A stretch of DNA of 64,000 nucleotides from Pedobacter sp. (GCA_050253415.1 JBFWJC010000004.1:160001-224000); one strand, 5' to 3'; positions 38,373 to 49,502 are shown, counted from the first letter of the stretch. Made by a program: numbers and translations. Notes: generated from the sequence alone by a model not told the origin.

Positions 38373-40639
38373 TAGACAACAGACTCTTTTACGAAACGAA
38401 AATTCAATTTACCGGAGCGACAACCGAGGCGAACCTCACCACCAGACTGCAACGCACCGAAAAGGATCTCCTGGGCTATGGCATCACTGACTTCAAGTTG
38501 AATCAAGCGTGCTAAAGGGCGGGCACCGAAACGCGGATCGTAACCGCGACGGGCAAGATCCGCACGAGCCGCACTTGAGACCACCAGCTTGATGTTCCGC
38601 TCGGACAGACGGTCGCGCAGTTGGTCGAGAAACTTATCCACAATCTTGAGCATGATCGGTTCGCCCAGACTGTTAAAAGGAATCGTAGCATCCAGACGGT
38701 TGCGAAACTCCGGTGAGAAAGTTTGCTCCACAGCCTGCCTGGAACTGCCGCCTTCCTCTTTGCCGAAGCCTATGGGATTGGCACTCATTTCCCTGGCTCC
38801 GGCGTTGCTGGTCATGATTAAAACAACATTGCGGAAATCGGCTTTTTTCCCGTTGTTGTCGGTCAGGCTACCATGATCCATAACCTGTAGCAGAATACTG
38901 AACAGATCGGGATGCGCCTTTTCGATTTCATCCAGCAGCAGCACGGCATAAGGTTGCTTGATCACGGCATCGGTAAGCAACCCGCCCTGATCAAAACCGA
39001 CATAGCCGGGAGGGGCTCCGATCAAACGCGACACAGAGTGTTTTTCCATATATTCGCTCATATCGAAACGAATAAATTCGACCCCGAGTTGCAAAGCCAG
39101 CTGCTTGGCGGCTTCCGTCTTGCCAACTCCGGTGGGACCCGTAAAGAGAAAGGAGCCAATCGGTTTATCCGGATGCCCAAGGCCGGCCCGGGCACGCAGC
39201 ACCGCACGGGACAATGTCTCGACGGCTTCTTCCTGCCCGAATACCTGTCTTTTGAGATCGCGTGCCAGGGTTTTCAACCGCCGGCGGTCGGAAGTCGAAA
39301 CACTGCGCTCCGGGATACGGGCGATGCCAGCCACCACCCTCTCGATATCGTCCAGATGCACAACCCGGCCACCGGCCAGGCGCATGGCTGAACCGGCCTC
39401 ATCGATAACATCGATGGCCTTGTCCGGAAGGTGACGGAAATTGATATGACGGGCAGACAGTTCGGCAGCCCCATTAATGGCCTCGTCGGTATAGGTCACG
39501 CCATGATGTTCCTCATAGCGGTCCTTAAGCCCATGGAGAATAGCAACCGTTTCATCGACGCTTGGCTCTACAATGTCGATTTTCTGAAAGCGACGTGACA
39601 GGGCCCGATCCTTGTCAAACAGATTTTTGTACTCCTCATAGGTCGTCGACCCGATACAGCGGAAATCGCCACTGGCCAACACCGGCTTGAGGATATTGGA
39701 CGCATCGAGGGAGCCGCCACTGGTGGCACCCGCGCCTACCACCGTATGGATTTCATCGATAAACAGGATCGCATCAGGATGTTTTTCCAAAGCCTTGACC
39801 ACGGCCTTCAAACGTTCTTCAAAGTCTCCGCGGAATTTGGTACCGGCCAACAGCGATCCCATATCGAGGGCAAAAACCTCACATTGACTCAGGATATCCG
39901 GCACCTTGCCCTCACTGATCATCAATGCCAGCCCTTCGGCCATGGCGGTTTTACCGACTCCGGCTTCGCCAACAAAGATGGGGTTGTTCTTGCGCCTGCG
40001 ACACAACACCTGCACGGTGCGATCCAGCTCGGCGGTTCGGCCGATCAGAGGATCGATACGCCCCTGCCGAGCACGCTCCACAAGATCCACGGTAAACATG
40101 GCTAACGGATCCTGTTTGGACTTTTCCGGATTTTCTTCGGTTTTTTCCTGACTGCCGCCACCCGGTTTGGTCGACGCCTGGGCTTGCGGCGCGTCGCCAT
40201 GGCGTGACACCTTGGTCACGCCATGCGCAATATAATTGAGAACATCCAGACGGGAAACACCCTGATCCTCCAGAAAATGGACCGCATGGGTGTTTTTTTC
40301 CGCGAACATGGCGGCCAGCAAATCACCGATGCTGATTTCCTTTTTACCGGCGGAATGCAGATGCAGAACCGCGCGCTGCAACACCCGCTGCAACCCGATG
40401 GTCTGCTCGGGCACCACATCGCGATCTTCAACCAGGCTTTCGAGATGGTCGGCAAAATATTTTTCCAACTGCCCCTTAAGCGTTTCTGTATCCCCCCCAC
40501 AGGCTGCAATCAACTCCCTGCCATGATCCTCAAGCAACATGGCATAAAGAATATGTTCGGTGGTCAGATACTCATGACGGCGCCGTTGCGCCTCACGGAC
40601 AGCCAGAGAAAAAGTTATCTGTACTTCCTGTGCGAACAT
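38372..40639 (-). CDS. clpA: ATP-dependent Clp protease ATPase subunit
   Basis: Two AAA modules (GEAGVGKT, GPTGVGKT), RLIGAPPGYVG; follows clpS. Confidence 0.96.
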   Translation of the reverse strand: MFAQEVQITFSLAVREAQRRRHEYLTTEHILYAMLLEDHGRELIAACGGDTETLKGQLEKYFADHLESLVEDRDVVPEQTIGLQRVLQRAVLHLHSAGKKEISIGDLLAAMFAEKNTHAVHFLEDQGVSRLDVLNYIAHGVTKVSRHGDAPQAQASTKPGGGSQEKTEENPEKSKQDPLAMFTVDLVERARQGRIDPLIGRTAELDRTVQVLCRRRKNNPIFVGEAGVGKTAMAEGLALMISEGKVPDILSQCEVFALDMGSLLAGTKFRGDFEERLKAVVKALEKHPDAILFIDEIHTVVGAGATSGGSLDASNILKPVLASGDFRCIGSTTYEEYKNLFDKDRALSRRFQKIDIVEPSVDETVAILHGLKDRYEEHHGVTYTDEAINGAAELSARHINFRHLPDKAIDVIDEAGSAMRLAGGRVVHLDDIERVVAGIARIPERSVSTSDRRRLKTLARDLKRQVFGQEEAVETLSRAVLRARAGLGHPDKPIGSFLFTGPTGVGKTEAAKQLALQLGVEFIRFDMSEYMEKHSVSRLIGAPPGYVGFDQGGLLTDAVIKQPYAVLLLDEIEKAHPDLFSILLQVMDHGSLTDNNGKKADFRNVVLIMTSNAGAREMSANPIGFGKEEGGSSRQAVEQTFSPEFRNRLDATIPFNSLGEPIMLKIVDKFLDQLRDRLSERNIKLVVSSAARADLARRGYDPRFGARPLARLIQLEVSDAIAQEILFGALQSGGEVRLGCRSGKLNFRFVKESVV

Positions 40640-40652
40640 AGGATTGCTCCCT

Positions 40653-40967
40653 TCATGCCTCTTCCAGGCTGCAACGCAAAGGAAAACCGGCCTGACGTGC
40701 CTTCCGGTGTACCCGGGCAATCTTGGTTTCGGCTATTTCATGTGGGAAAGTGCCACATACGCCCGTGCCCTCGCTGTGAATACTCAACATAATGCGATGG
40801 GCATCGGTCGGAGATTTATGGAATACGCCCTCAAGGACATCCACGACAAACTCCATGGTCGTATAATCGTCGTTGTGCATCAACACCTTGAACAGCGGCG
40901 GCGGCGCGACACGAACAGCTTCTTGTTCCTTAATATGAATGTCTTCCGACGTTTTTTTCTGACTCAA
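40653..40967 (-). CDS. clpS: Clp protease adaptor
   Basis: VLMHNDDYTTMEFVV, AETK, FPLRC. Confidence 0.96.
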   Translation of the reverse strand: MSQKKTSEDIHIKEQEAVRVAPPPLFKVLMHNDDYTTMEFVVDVLEGVFHKSPTDAHRIMLSIHSEGTGVCGTFPHEIAETKIARVHRKARQAGFPLRCSLEEA

Positions 40968-41260
40968 CTAATGTCCCCCTTGCACAATCCCTTTTGAAAA
41001 TCCTATCACACTTCCCCTACCACTTCCAAGCACGACAGAAACCAGTTTTACATGCGCTTCATTCTGTTTTTATATTCCAGGTCTGTTCAACATTGACAGC
41101 GATGCGCCAGCGAGCTTCAGAAGACTATGGTCCCGATCAACAAGCGAAACACCCGACAGCCCCAGTTTTCCTTCGGGGGTCGGGAAAAGTCTGTTATACT
41201 CCAACCGATCATACTTCTTCATAAGTAATATCCATAACATCCTATCACCAAGGAGGATCC

Positions 41261-42265
41261 ATGCCATCTCAATATCCGGGCGGCGACCTGCAAGAACTGG
41301 CCAGGCGCCTGAAACAAAACAAGTCCACGCCACGCCTGATTATCGTCGCGATTATCGGTCTGTTGGTACTGATCAGCCTTTCCAGCGGCTTCTACAAGGT
41401 GGATACGGAAGAAACCGGCGTCCTGCTGCGTTTCGGCCGTTTCAACAGCTTTGCAGAACCGGGGCTGCACTTGAAGCTTCCATTTGGTATCGACCGGGCT
41501 TACAAGGTAAAGACCGGACGGGTGCTCAAAGAAGAATTCGGATTTCGTACCGTTCAGGCGGGGGTGCGCACCACCTACACCAAAAGGAATCTGGAGGATG
41601 AGTCCCTGACCCTGACCGGCGACCTCAACGTCAGCGATATCGAATGGATTGTCCAGTACCAGATCGCCGACCCCTTCAAGTTCCTGTTCCGCATTCACGA
41701 ACCGGAAGCGACCATCCGGGATCTCGCCGAGGCCATGGTACGCAGGGTGGTAGGCAACTCCAACGTCAGTGAGGTACTGACAACCGAACGGGCGGAGTTG
41801 GCCAACAACATCCAGAAGGATCTGCAGGAAAGCCTCAACGGCTACGATATCGGCGTGCGCATCGTCACCGTCAAGTTCCAGGACGTCAATCCGCCGGACC
41901 CGGTAAAAGCCGCCTTCAATGAGGTCAACGAGGCCGAGCAGCAAAAGGAAAGCCTGATCTTTCAGGCCCGCGAACAATATAACCGCGAAGTGCCCAAGGC
42001 CCGTGGCGTGGCGCGCCGCACCATCCAGGAAGCGGAGGGCTTCGCCATTGAACGCATCAACCAGGCCCGTGGCGAAACCAGCCGTTTTCTCGCTCTGTTC
42101 ACAGAATACCGCAAAGCCCCGGATGTCACCCGCCAGCGCCTCTACCTGGAAACGCTGGAACAGGTATTACCCAAACTCGATGAAATCTACATTATGGATC
42201 AAGACGGTGCCGGGGCCCTGCCCCTGCTCCCCCTGCGCACCGTAACGAAAGGAGGCCAGCAATGA
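41261..42265 (+). CDS. hflK: FtsH modulator HflK
   Basis: SPFH domain, LTGDLN, VKAAFNEV, VTRQRLYLETL. Confidence 0.93.
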   Translation: MPSQYPGGDLQELARRLKQNKSTPRLIIVAIIGLLVLISLSSGFYKVDTEETGVLLRFGRFNSFAEPGLHLKLPFGIDRAYKVKTGRVLKEEFGFRTVQAGVRTTYTKRNLEDESLTLTGDLNVSDIEWIVQYQIADPFKFLFRIHEPEATIRDLAEAMVRRVVGNSNVSEVLTTERAELANNIQKDLQESLNGYDIGVRIVTVKFQDVNPPDPVKAAFNEVNEAEQQKESLIFQAREQYNREVPKARGVARRTIQEAEGFAIERINQARGETSRFLALFTEYRKAPDVTRQRLYLETLEQVLPKLDEIYIMDQDGAGALPLLPLRTVTKGGQQ

Positions 42266-43194
42266 AAACGCCCCTGATGCTGATAGTCGCAGCCCTGCTG
42301 GTCGTAAGCTTTTTGCAATCCCCGATGTTCATCGTCGAGGAAGGCGAACAGGCCCTGGTTACCCAGTTCGGCAAACCGGTCAGCGATGTACTCGGACCCG
42401 GCCTGCACTGGAAAATCCCCTTCATACAGAGTGTGCATCGGTTCGAAAAGCGGATTCTTAAATGGGACGGTGATCCCAACCAGATTCCGACCAAGGATAA
42501 ACGCTACATCTTCCTGGACACCACCGCCCGCTGGCGCATCGCCGACCCCTTGCTGTTCTTCAAGACCGTCGCCACCCAGCGCGGCGCCCAGAGCCGGCTC
42601 GACGACATCATCGATTCGGTGGTGCGCGACGCGGTGTCCGGCCACCTGCTGGTGGAACTTGTACGCGGCAGCGATTATCGCGCCCCCGGCAGTTCGGTTG
42701 AAGAGATCGAGATTGAAGGCGTACCCGTAGCCGCCGATCAACTGGTCGGTCGCGAGGAGATCCTGACCAATCTGCTGGAAAAGGCCCGCGCCAGTACTCC
42801 GGAATACGGCATTGAGCTCATCGACGTACAGATCAAGCGCATCAACTACGTGGAACAGGTGCGCAAACGCGTCTACGAACGCATGATCTCCGAACGTAAA
42901 AAAGTCGCCGCCCAGTTCCGCAGCGAGGGCGAAGGGGAAAAAGCCGACATCCTCGGCCAGATGGATAAGGAGCTGAAAAGCATCACGTCCGAAGCCTACC
43001 GACAGGCAGAGGAAATCCGCGGCAAGGCCGACGCCGAAGCGGCCTCCATCTATGCGTCAGCTTACGGCAAAGACCGCGAATTCTACACCTTCCTGCGTAC
43101 CCTCGAATCGTATCGCAAGGCCGTTGGCAAAAACGGCAAGCTCGTGCTTACGACCGACAGCGATTTTTTCCATTACCTGCAGAAAAGCCGGTAA
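42262..43194 (+). CDS. hflC: FtsH modulator HflC
   Basis: PGLHWKIPF, VYERMISER, EFYTFLRTLESY. Confidence 0.93.
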   Translation: MKTPLMLIVAALLVVSFLQSPMFIVEEGEQALVTQFGKPVSDVLGPGLHWKIPFIQSVHRFEKRILKWDGDPNQIPTKDKRYIFLDTTARWRIADPLLFFKTVATQRGAQSRLDDIIDSVVRDAVSGHLLVELVRGSDYRAPGSSVEEIEIEGVPVAADQLVGREEILTNLLEKARASTPEYGIELIDVQIKRINYVEQVRKRVYERMISERKKVAAQFRSEGEGEKADILGQMDKELKSITSEAYRQAEEIRGKADAEAASIYASAYGKDREFYTFLRTLESYRKAVGKNGKLVLTTDSDFFHYLQKSR

Positions 43195-43212
43195 GTCAAC
43201 GCGCTGGAATAA

Positions 43213-43255
43213 TGCAAAAAGGCTCAACCCGGTTTTCGGGTTGAGCCTTTTTGCA
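43213..43255. terminator. hflKC terminator
   Basis: TGCAAAAAGGCTCAACCC...GGGTTGAGCCTTTTTGCA. Confidence 0.88.
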
Positions 43256-43513
43256 TCTTACGTACAAAGGTGACCTGACAACAATAAAACAGAGACTTTT
43301 TATGCGCTCTCCATAGCTGGGTTCTCAACAGGATCAAGACATACGGCGCCATTAAAAAGGCAAGCGGCTGTAATAAAGTCCCTGAAAAGTCGCAACATAT
43401 TTAATAAACGGCGCTCTTCAATTTCCGGCGCCAGTCTCAGTCAAGACATTTTCTTTATTGCGGACAACAACATTCTATTCAACTCCGGAAAAACATACCG
43501 AACCTGGTGACAT

Positions 43514-43543
43514 AAAAAATCCCCGGACCACGAGGCCCGGGGA
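43514..43543 (-). terminator. Porin gene terminator
   Basis: Minus strand TCCCCGGGCC...GGTCCGGGGATTTTT. Confidence 0.7.
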
Positions 43544-43625
43544 GATGGATAGTCGGCAGGTAAATCCTAAAAATAGTGAACGCGATTAACCGACCCAATT
43601 TTTCACAAAAAGAATTCGGATGCAA

Positions 43626-44990
43626 TTAGAACTGGAAGCGGATACGCGCGTCGGTACGGAAGACGTCGTCACCGTCGCCGTCAGTAGCGATAGCTTTCCA
43701 GGCGTCACCGGCAATCAGGTACCCGGCGTTAATATCGGCGGTCAAACCTTTCATGATGGTGTAGCTGGCGCCCAGCACGAACTCATGACCAATTTCGTCA
43801 TCACCAAGCCATGTGTCTTCGGCGGTATTGTGCCAGAAGTACTTGGCCCAGATCTTGGTCTTGGCATTAAGCTTATGGTCGACGCCGGCATAGATCATCT
43901 TGTAGCCCTGGTCGAAAAGATAGGGCGCCTGGCTCAAGGAATTATCGTCGCAGTAGTTATCGAAGATGATGACCGAACCGAAGATCGAGGTGGCGATGTC
44001 GATAACATCGAAGTTTTCGGTATCGTCGTCAAAGGGGTCTTCATCCCCGGAAGCGTACAGACCGCCAATGATGAAGGTGTTTTTAGCGACGGTATAATCG
44101 AGTTGGCCATGGAACAGGAAAGCACTGCGATCCGAGGTGTAGTCACCCTCGGATACTTCACCGGTCAAATAAATACCGGTAAACATGCCGGACAATTCGT
44201 TCCATTTGCCTTTACCCGACAGACCAAGCCAGATCTCTTCGTCCTGAACTTCATCGGTAGGTATAAAGGTATCGCCAATGGTAACGCCGATGGTCTCCTT
44301 CCCCTGGTCCATGTAAACAACAAAAGCGTTCAGGCTGTTGCCATTGTCGAAAACGTAGGTCAGGTCGGCGGCATAAGCATCGTTGTATTCGGTTTTGTCG
44401 TCAGCCACATTGTCGCTGTTGCTGTCGATCCAATCGTTACGGAACCAGCCGAGGGAGTAAGCCCAGTTGCCAGTTTTGCGGGTCCACTTGACGCCGCCGG
44501 CGTTGTCGGACCACAGCAGAGCGTTGTAGCCAACAGGCTGCAAGCCGACAGTCAGGCGCGAAGCGGGATCGAAGGGCAGTTCGATATCGGTATATGCCCA
44601 ACGCAATTCGAACACATTATCATCTCCACCAAAGTCGGCGCCTTTTCCACCGAATTTAGAGGAACCGAATTCGAAACCAACCACACCCTTGACCTTTTTC
44701 TCGTCGTCGGATACGACCATGTGCATGCGGTACTTGATCTCGCCGAAGAAATCGCTGTCGTTCTTCGATTTCTTGGTGTCGGGCAGGGTAATTTTACCCT
44801 TGGAGAAAAGAAAGCCGTTGCTACCCAGGTATTTCTCGCTGTCCTTGCTGGTGCGAACCGAGGTGTCGGCTTGAGTACTGAATGAAAAGCGGTTATTGAG
44901 GTCGCCATGCCATTCGACGTTGATGGCCATGGCGGGTACAGCCATGGCCAGAGCGATCAGAGTCGCCAGGACAATACGCATCTGTTTCAC
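43626..44990 (-). CDS. Outer-membrane beta-barrel porin
   Basis: Signal peptide (AVPAMA), aromatic- and Asp-rich amphipathic strands, C-terminal RFQF. Confidence 0.8.
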   Translation of the reverse strand: MKQMRIVLATLIALAMAVPAMAINVEWHGDLNNRFSFSTQADTSVRTSKDSEKYLGSNGFLFSKGKITLPDTKKSKNDSDFFGEIKYRMHMVVSDDEKKVKGVVGFEFGSSKFGGKGADFGGDDNVFELRWAYTDIELPFDPASRLTVGLQPVGYNALLWSDNAGGVKWTRKTGNWAYSLGWFRNDWIDSNSDNVADDKTEYNDAYAADLTYVFDNGNSLNAFVVYMDQGKETIGVTIGDTFIPTDEVQDEEIWLGLSGKGKWNELSGMFTGIYLTGEVSEGDYTSDRSAFLFHGQLDYTVAKNTFIIGGLYASGDEDPFDDDTENFDVIDIATSIFGSVIIFDNYCDDNSLSQAPYLFDQGYKMIYAGVDHKLNAKTKIWAKYFWHNTAEDTWLGDDEIGHEFVLGASYTIMKGLTADINAGYLIAGDAWKAIATDGDGDDVFRTDARIRFQF

Positions 44991-45412
44991 GATTTAGTTC
45001 TCCTTCCATCTTAAAAAATGAAAATCCAACATTCTTGCGCGGGCAAAGGATGCCTCGCCACAAAAAACAGGGCAAAAAGCCACATGCTTTTTAATCCCCG
45101 GTGTGATACCGACAGGTTCGATGTGATAGAAAAAGGTGAGTTATTGACACAAGGTAGCCAGGCAACAACGCCCCGCACGTCGACCGGCACCTAAAGAGTG
45201 CAAAAAAACGGCTACAAATTATCACAATTATCATTAAGAAACAATTTTAAATTAATGAAAATGCGGGCATTGATGTAAAAAAATATTGCGGTTGCCAGTG
45301 TCAGAACCGCGAACGTCCCAGACATCTCCCGCAGCGGGTGCCTAGCGTCGACAGCGACTTCTTCCGCTACCTGCAAAAACCGAAAATAAGTAATCTAATT
45401 TTCGTTCAAACC

Positions 45413-45452
45413 AACAAAAGCGGGGCAGTGAATCCACTGCCCCGCTTTTGTT
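45413..45452. terminator. Terminator downstream of yaeQ
   Basis: AACAAAAGCGGGGCAGTG-loop-CACTGCCCCGCTTTTGTT. Confidence 0.85.
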
Positions 45453-45502
45453 TTTTAATAAGGGATAACTCTCCCTGAGTTCCGCCCCCTTTTCCCTCTA
45501 AA

Positions 45503-46039
45503 TCACAACACCTGCAACGATGACCAGGCCACCTCGCATTCCCCGGCCCCGGCGGCGACATAGGCCGAATCACCTGAAATAGTGACAGAAAGATCCATTG
45601 TACGCTGCGCAAGGTTGGCCAACGCCTGTATGCTGCCCCACGGGAACTGAAAAACCGACACCTTCAACCCTTTAAAATCTTCCCGACCTTTTTCCCACCA
45701 GACATCCGCCTTGGAATTAAAACTATAAACTTTAACTGCCGATGCAATGCGCGTCGCTTTCTTTATACGATCGACGGCCGGCTCCCCGACATCGATCCAC
45801 AGTGCGATTTTATCATCCAGAGTACGCGCCCAGATGTCGGGTTCCTCCGCGACGCTGATGCCCTTGGTGAAAACCAGATACTCCTGAGCGTTAATACAAA
45901 ACGCCAGCACGCGAGCCATCATGCGTTCAAGCGTTTCGGAGGGATGTTTGGCCAGGGTCAAATTGAGCGTATCGTAATAATTTCGGTCGAGATCGGACAA
46001 ATCAATGCGTAATTTATAAATGGTCGGTTTTAATGCCAC
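45503..46039 (-). CDS. yaeQ: YaeQ family protein
   Basis: MALKPTIYK, DLDRNYY, HPSETLERMM, EPDIW, WIDVGEP. Confidence 0.93.
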   Translation of the reverse strand: MALKPTIYKLRIDLSDLDRNYYDTLNLTLAKHPSETLERMMARVLAFCINAQEYLVFTKGISVAEEPDIWARTLDDKIALWIDVGEPAVDRIKKATRIASAVKVYSFNSKADVWWEKGREDFKGLKVSVFQFPWGSIQALANLAQRTMDLSVTISGDSAYVAAGAGECEVAWSSLQVL

Positions 46040-46130
46040 AAAGAGCCTCTTCTAATCGTTAAATAAACGGCGCCGAGGTATGACAGCGCGACAAAACAAA
46101 CAATTGAAATCAAAAAATCAGGTTAAATCA

Positions 46131-46634
46131 TCAATAACTGGTTTTCGACCGGACCTCTTTTCGCAAGGCACTCCTGGAAGCTCTGTCAACCAGAGTAAAT
46201 AGCCTGTCGATAGCATCTTTTTCAGATGACAGATGATGGCCACGTACTTTAACAAAAGTACAGTTAAATTGATCGGTAATTCGGAAAAACGCCTGATACA
46301 GATCGGAATTATTGAGAGGCCTGTCGTTTTTGGAGCGGTAATTATTTTTTTCGAGTTGCTCACGTCTTTCATGTAAACCGATAATATTTTGAGAATCGGT
46401 ATACACCGTCAACGTGCCCACCGAGGCGGGGATGTCTTTTAACGCCCACAATAACGTCTGCAATTCCAACCGGGTCGAGGACGTATGCTCAAAACGCTGC
46501 ACCTTCACACTAGCCCTGAGTGACCCGGTGGAAAGATCGGTTTCCGTCACAGCAAGGTAAGCGCCATATCCGAGCTTTGACTGGACATGCACACTGCCAT
46601 CGATAAACAACATCACATCATTCAACATAAACAT
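46131..46634 (-). CDS. Ribonuclease HI-like protein
   Basis: FIDGS, RLEL, VYTDSQ, NSDLY, VKVRGH, VDRASR; start uncertain. Confidence 0.8.
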   Translation of the reverse strand: MFMLNDVMLFIDGSVHVQSKLGYGAYLAVTETDLSTGSLRASVKVQRFEHTSSTRLELQTLLWALKDIPASVGTLTVYTDSQNIIGLHERREQLEKNNYRSKNDRPLNNSDLYQAFFRITDQFNCTFVKVRGHHLSSEKDAIDRLFTLVDRASRSALRKEVRSKTSY

Positions 46635-46733
46635 CTCATTTTCGGGGGAACACAAAACATGGATTCGCCCATAAAAAAAGCGAGGCAGTCCAACCGCTGC
46701 CCCGCTGTTACCTTCGGTGTGAGCATGTTGCCC

Positions 46734-47576
46734 TTAATGGCCAGCCAGAAGATGGTCGAGACGCTCACTGAGCTGGCGCAGATGCTGGCGCTCCTGGTCG
46801 GCCAGGCGCAGGAAAACCTCCCTACTTTTCGGTTCGGATATATGGTTATACAGCAGCATATACCGATCGAGTGCATTGGATTCAAAACTGATGGCCAGCT
46901 CCAGCACCTCCTGTACGGGCTTGCCCTGCACCCATTTCAGAGCCTGATCCAACGTCACGCCCCCCTCCATCACCGTCTGGGTATCGCGTTCCTTCAACAC
47001 CGCCGGCGGCAGTTCACCACTGCTGCCGCGAATCCCTGAAAAGAGATTCATCAGGCTTTCTTTGTGCTGTTCCTCCACCTTGGCCATGCGCCGAAAAAAA
47101 TCGGCATCGTCGGACTTCTGGGCGGCATCGGCCTGTGCGGCATAAAACTGCCGGGTGCCATCCTCCAGCAGCCAGGCCAGGGCGATATGTTCCTCGGCTG
47201 AATGGGAAGGGTCGAACCATGCGGCGTTTAACTCCGGCTCGTTGACCGCGACCAGCCCCTCCCAGGCATTGATGCCACCGGACATGCTGTAAACTTCTTT
47301 GAAGCCGGCATTCATGAGGGCGGCCGCAGCCGCGCGGCTGCGCACTCCCGCTGCGCAGTAGGTGATGGTCGGCTTTTGCGGGTCGAGCTCCTTGAAGCGT
47401 TCCTCGATCTGGCGTACCGGAATCAAGGTGGCGCCCGGCAGGTGTCCGGCATCGTATTCCCCCAACTGTCGAACGTCGACCAGATTATATTCTTTGGCAG
47501 ACTTCTTTTGTAGGAATTCTCGCACCTGTTGAACCGACCAGGTAGCCACCGGTTTGAAGTAGTTCAGGATACTCAT
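46734..47576 (-). CDS. Rhodanese domain fused to a ferritin/rubrerythrin-like domain
   Basis: DVRQ..EY..GHLPGA, YCAAGVRS, GGINAW; C-terminal E..Y...EEQH and E...Y...ERQH. Confidence 0.82.
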   Translation of the reverse strand: MSILNYFKPVATWSVQQVREFLQKKSAKEYNLVDVRQLGEYDAGHLPGATLIPVRQIEERFKELDPQKPTITYCAAGVRSRAAAAALMNAGFKEVYSMSGGINAWEGLVAVNEPELNAAWFDPSHSAEEHIALAWLLEDGTRQFYAAQADAAQKSDDADFFRRMAKVEEQHKESLMNLFSGIRGSSGELPPAVLKERDTQTVMEGGVTLDQALKWVQGKPVQEVLELAISFESNALDRYMLLYNHISEPKSREVFLRLADQERQHLRQLSERLDHLLAGH

Positions 47577-48739
47577 TTCATTTCCTCCCGTGATTGATCG
47601 TTGGTCGGCACCGGATCGACATCGTCCAATTCTCCCGACAGCTGAAACCGGCACATGAAACGGCGATCGATCCAATCCTTGAATCGGAACGCCCAGCGCC
47701 CTTCCAGCGTCAATGAACCTTTGGCCAGAATCCCGTGCCCGTCACCCATGTTGAGAATCAACAGATAGCCTTTCTGGGGTGAAAACCGCAGCAGGGGCTG
47801 ATCTTCCAGAGCCGCCATCAGATTGCGGTAAAGTATCGGGTTTTCGCGCACCGCATAGACGCCAACCTTGTCCAGTGGCTGATCCTGAAAACAGATACAG
47901 TCACCGCCGCCAAACAGTTCGGGGTACGTCACCGACTGCAGGCAGGCGTTCACCAGCAGACCGCCGTCCGGACCTACGGGCAACCGCGACGCACGGAAGA
48001 TCCCGGAAGGTTGTACACCCGACGCACTCAAAGCCAGATCGTAGAGCACCACAGAGTTGTCATCCAGTACGGCACGGCCGTCCCCCACCGAACGGACGTG
48101 AGCCCCTTCGCGGACCACGATACCACGGCGCGTCAAGGATGCCAGGGCCCGAGAGCGAACCCGCTCGGAAAACCGCCCTAACAAGCGTTCGCCGGCGACC
48201 AGGGTAATCTCGACCCGGCCACCGGCCTGCTCGGCCAGGCGCCACAGGTTGCCGGAGATCTCCACCCCGGCCGCACCACCGCCTGCCACCAGCAGCTTGA
48301 CCGTCTGCCCGGGCAACCGCGCGAGCAATTCCCGACGCAACTCCATGAGATTGTGAATCGGCTTGACCGGCAGCACATCGGTGCGGGTGGCACCGATCCG
48401 GTCCAACGGTACTCCGCTGCCGGTATTGAACGAAGCCACGTGATAAGCTATCTGCTGCCCGGTATCGAGGATCAACGTGCGATTGTCGGCATCGATACGC
48501 ACCACCTCGCCCTCGATAAACTCGCCACCGCGCTCTTCGACCATGCGCCGCACGTTAAAACGTATCTGCTGCGGCCGATAGGTTCCGCCGAGCATCCCCG
48601 GCCCCATCCCCGAATAGTAGTGATAAGCGCTCGGACTGATCAGGGTAACGCGATGGCCCCGACTGACGTAATCATCAAGACGCCGCATAACGGTCATGTG
48701 GGCGTGGCCGCCGCCTACCAGAACAAGGTGCTGTTTCAT
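47573..48739 (-). CDS. FAD-dependent oxidoreductase resembling the N-terminal domain of SelD fusions
   Basis: LVLVGGGHAH, YSGMGPG, GGGAAGVE, GGDC, KVGVYAVRE, KDWIDRRFM. Confidence 0.8.
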   Translation of the reverse strand: MKQHLVLVGGGHAHMTVMRRLDDYVSRGHRVTLISPSAYHYYSGMGPGMLGGTYRPQQIRFNVRRMVEERGGEFIEGEVVRIDADNRTLILDTGQQIAYHVASFNTGSGVPLDRIGATRTDVLPVKPIHNLMELRRELLARLPGQTVKLLVAGGGAAGVEISGNLWRLAEQAGGRVEITLVAGERLLGRFSERVRSRALASLTRRGIVVREGAHVRSVGDGRAVLDDNSVVLYDLALSASGVQPSGIFRASRLPVGPDGGLLVNACLQSVTYPELFGGGDCICFQDQPLDKVGVYAVRENPILYRNLMAALEDQPLLRFSPQKGYLLILNMGDGHGILAKGSLTLEGRWAFRFKDWIDRRFMCRFQLSGELDDVDPVPTNDQSREEMK

Positions 48740-48916
48740 AAACTTTCCTCCCGTTTGTTCAGCATAGAATCGATTGCCGGGATGTCAATTTTTCGAAAGG
48801 ACAGGATAAGACTTCGCACTACGCCTTTACAAAAACCTGCCCATTCTTTACCATGATAAGGTCATGGATTTAACATGCTTTCAACAATATCTTTTCATCT
48901 TACAGGAGAACACATC

Positions 48917-49501
48917 ATGAAACATCTGATTTTCTTGCTGGTCACCCTGTTTATGGCCATCAATCTGTCCGGCTGCGGCTATAACCAGATTCAGCAAAAT
49001 GAAGAAGCGGTGATCGCCGCCTGGGCCGATGTGGAAGCGACCTATCAGCGGCGAGCCGACCTGATCCCCAATCTGGTGGCGACGGTCAAAGCCTATGCCG
49101 CCCATGAGCGGGAAACCCTGCAGGCCGTAACCGAAGCGCGCGCCCAGGTGGGCCAGGTTAAAATCAGCGCTGACCAGCTCAACGATCCCCAGGCCCTGGC
49201 CGGTTTTCAACAGGCCCAGTCACAGATGAGCGGCGCCCTCTCGCGACTGCTGGTGGTGGCCGAACGCTATCCGGATCTCAAAGCCAATCAAAACTTTGTC
49301 GATCTGCAGCACCAGCTCGAAGGGACGGAAAATCGCATCAACGTCGCCCGTCAGCGCTACAATCAGTCGGTCCAGGTTTTCAACAGTTCCATCCGGACCT
49401 TCCCCAACAACCTGACCAACAAATTCATGTTGCACCTGGAGCGGAAAACCCCCTTCCAGGCGGAAGCCGGCGCCAGCCAGGCGCCCAAGGTGAATTTCTG
49501 A
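48917..49501 (+). CDS. LemA family lipoprotein
   Basis: LSGCGYN lipobox, [28 protein letters not shown]. Confidence 0.93.
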   Translation: MKHLIFLLVTLFMAINLSGCGYNQIQQNEEAVIAAWADVEATYQRRADLIPNLVATVKAYAAHERETLQAVTEARAQVGQVKISADQLNDPQALAGFQQAQSQMSGALSRLLVVAERYPDLKANQNFVDLQHQLEGTENRINVARQRYNQSVQVFNSSIRTFPNNLTNKFMLHLERKTPFQAEAGASQAPKVNF

Positions 49502-49502
49502 C

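Noticed and set aside
43620..44885. 421-aa plus-strand ORF
   Set aside because: Antisense shadow of the porin gene
45220..45238. Fur-box-like sequence upstream of the porin
   Set aside because: Only 13 of 19 positions match, in an AT-rich stretch
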